Source: Dendrobates tinctorius (Eukaryota). From it: a DNA stretch of 64,000 nt. Location of the stretch: positions 7,130,001 to 7,194,000 of the forward strand of contig NW_027361869.1 in assembly GCF_039654945.1 (NCBI RefSeq). Reading direction: 5' to 3'. This document shows, in pieces, positions 61,761 through 64,000 of the stretch. The notes under the pieces are model-generated. The model was not told the origin of the DNA, did not search any database, and saw only the letters and a list, made by a program, of their open reading frames with translations. The position numbers and the translations under genes were made by a program. Position 1 is the stretch's first letter, and the number at the start of each line of letters is the position of its first letter.

Positions 61761-64000
61761 TAGAGTTGAGCGATACCGTCCGATACTTCAAAGTATCGTA
61801 TCGGATGGTATCGGCCGATCTTTAAAAAAAGTATCGGTATCGCCGATTCCGATACCGGAAGTCCCATTCAAGTCTATGGGACTTCCGGTATCGGAATAAG
61901 AAAAACCCTTTCCTGCCCTTGTACAGCCTCTCTGGGGTCTGTACGGGCCTTTCGGGGGGCTGTGCCGGCCTGCCAGGGGGTCTGTGCAGGCTCCGGTGGT
62001 CTGTGCCGGCCTGCCGGTGGTCTGTGCAGGCTCCGGGGGGCTGTGCCGGCCTGCCGGGGGGCTGTGCCGGCCTGCCGGGGGGCTGTGCCGGCCTGCCGGT
62101 GGTCTGTGCAGGCTCCGGGGGTCTGTGCAGGCATCGTCCGATGGGACTACAAGTCCCATCGGGCGATGCCTGCTACCATGACAGTGATTGACACATTAGC
62201 CAATGATGGGACAGTAGTAGTCCCATCATCCGGCTAATGTGTTAAATGTAAAAAAAAAAAAAAAAAAAATTACATGCTACATACATACAACATGCATACT
62301 ACATACATGCTACATTCATACTACATACTACATACATGCTACATTCATACTACATGCAACATACATACTACATATATACTACATGCATGCTACATACATA
62401 CTGCATGCTACATACATACCACATATATACTACATACATACTACATGCATGCTACATGCATGCTACATGCTACATACATAACACATATATACTACATGCA
62501 TGCTACATACATACTACATGCTACATACTACATATATACTACATGCATGCTACATACTACATGCTACATACATACTACATATATACTACATGCATGCTAC
62601 ATACATACTGCATGCTACATACATACTACATACATACTACATACATACTACATGCTACATACATACTACATATATACTACATACATACTACATACATACT
62701 ACATGCTACATACATACCACATATATACTACATACATACTACATGCATGCTACATGCATGCTACATGCTACATACATAACACATATATACTACATGCATG
62801 CTACATACATACTACATGCTACATACTACATATATACTACATGCATGCTACATACTACATGCTACATACATACTACATATATACTACATGCATGCTACAT
62901 ACATACTGCATGCTACATACATACTACATACATACTACATACATACTACATGCTACATACATACTACATATATACTACATGCATGCTACATACATACTGC
63001 ATGCTACATACATACCACATATATACTACATACATACTACATGCATGCTACATGCATGCTACATGCTACATACATAACACATATATACTACATACATACT
63101 ACATGCTACATACTACATATATACTACATGCATGCTACATACTACATGCTACATACATACTACATATATACTACATGCATGCTACATACATACTGCATGC
63201 TACATACATACTACATACATACTACATACATACTACATGCTACATACATACTACATATATACTACATACATACTACATACATACTACATGCATGCTACAT
63301 GCATGCTACATACATACCACATACATAACACATATATACTACATGCATGCTACATACATACTACATGCTACATACATACCATATACATACTACATGCATG
63401 CTACATACATACTACATGCATGCTACATATATACTACATGCATGCTACATACATACTACATGCTACATACATACTACATATATACTACATGCATGCTACA
63501 TACATACTACATGCTACATACATACTACATATATACTACATGCATGCTACATACATACTGCATGCTACATGCATGCTACATACATACTACATACATACTA
63601 CATGCTACATACATACCACATATATACTACATACATACAATACATTCATACAATACATACATAGACATACAGTACATATAACATAGAGTAACATACTTAC
63701 CAATACTTGTCACATTGTTCCCCGAAGCCATTGTCTTTCCGGAATAAATATTAACATAACAAACCACAAAAATACTCACCCACGATCCGAAGCAGTCCAC
63801 GAGTGTGTCCCACGACGATCTTGGGTAGAGAACTGCAGCATCAGATGATGCTGCCGTTCTCTACGGGCTGCAGGAATCCAATGACGGAAGGTAGGTATCC
63901 TTCCGCACTGTATTCCTCCGCCACTTAAAAAAAAAAAAAGTCCCTAGTCTCACTTTATGCCATTGCTGTGTGGGAAATTCCCACGCAGCAATGGCATAAA
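61761..64000. mobile_element. Second copy of the hAT foldback element, opposite orientation, centre near 63975, runs off the window
   Basis: Starts TAGAGTTGAGC; near-identical to the reverse complement of 19030-21293. Confidence 0.92.

Overview
Vertebrate, most likely anuran (frog), genomic DNA. It holds one complete replication-dependent histone quintet (H2A-, H2B+, H4+, H3-, H1-; 15.4-34.5 kb) that is flanked and interrupted by three arrays of a 30-bp satellite. This is followed by the first coding exons of KDM8/JMJD5 (42.8-51.2 kb). The rest is dense with transposons: a chromoviral Gypsy 3' end with LTR, a young L2, four young CR1 copies or fragments and one old one, a DIRS, a Tc1, hAT remnants, foldback hAT MITEs and a Helitron end. 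The main finding is that the 30-bp satellite is an amplified histone pre-mRNA 3'-processing signal. Array B is seamlessly continuous with the H1 stem-loop, and each unit read in histone sense is [3' stem arm]-ACCA-spacer-AGAGCUGUA, the U7-snRNA-binding histone downstream element (HDE), giving roughly 400 such units in the window. Other findings: a UUUAAAC -1 frameshift site joining CR1 ORF1 to ORF2, a 2A-like peptide at the start of L2 ORF2, octamer-bearing 127-bp CR1 promoter monomers, a twin-primed CR1 inside another CR1, and an H3 gene with a broken stem-loop. All calls were made by eye, without database searches.
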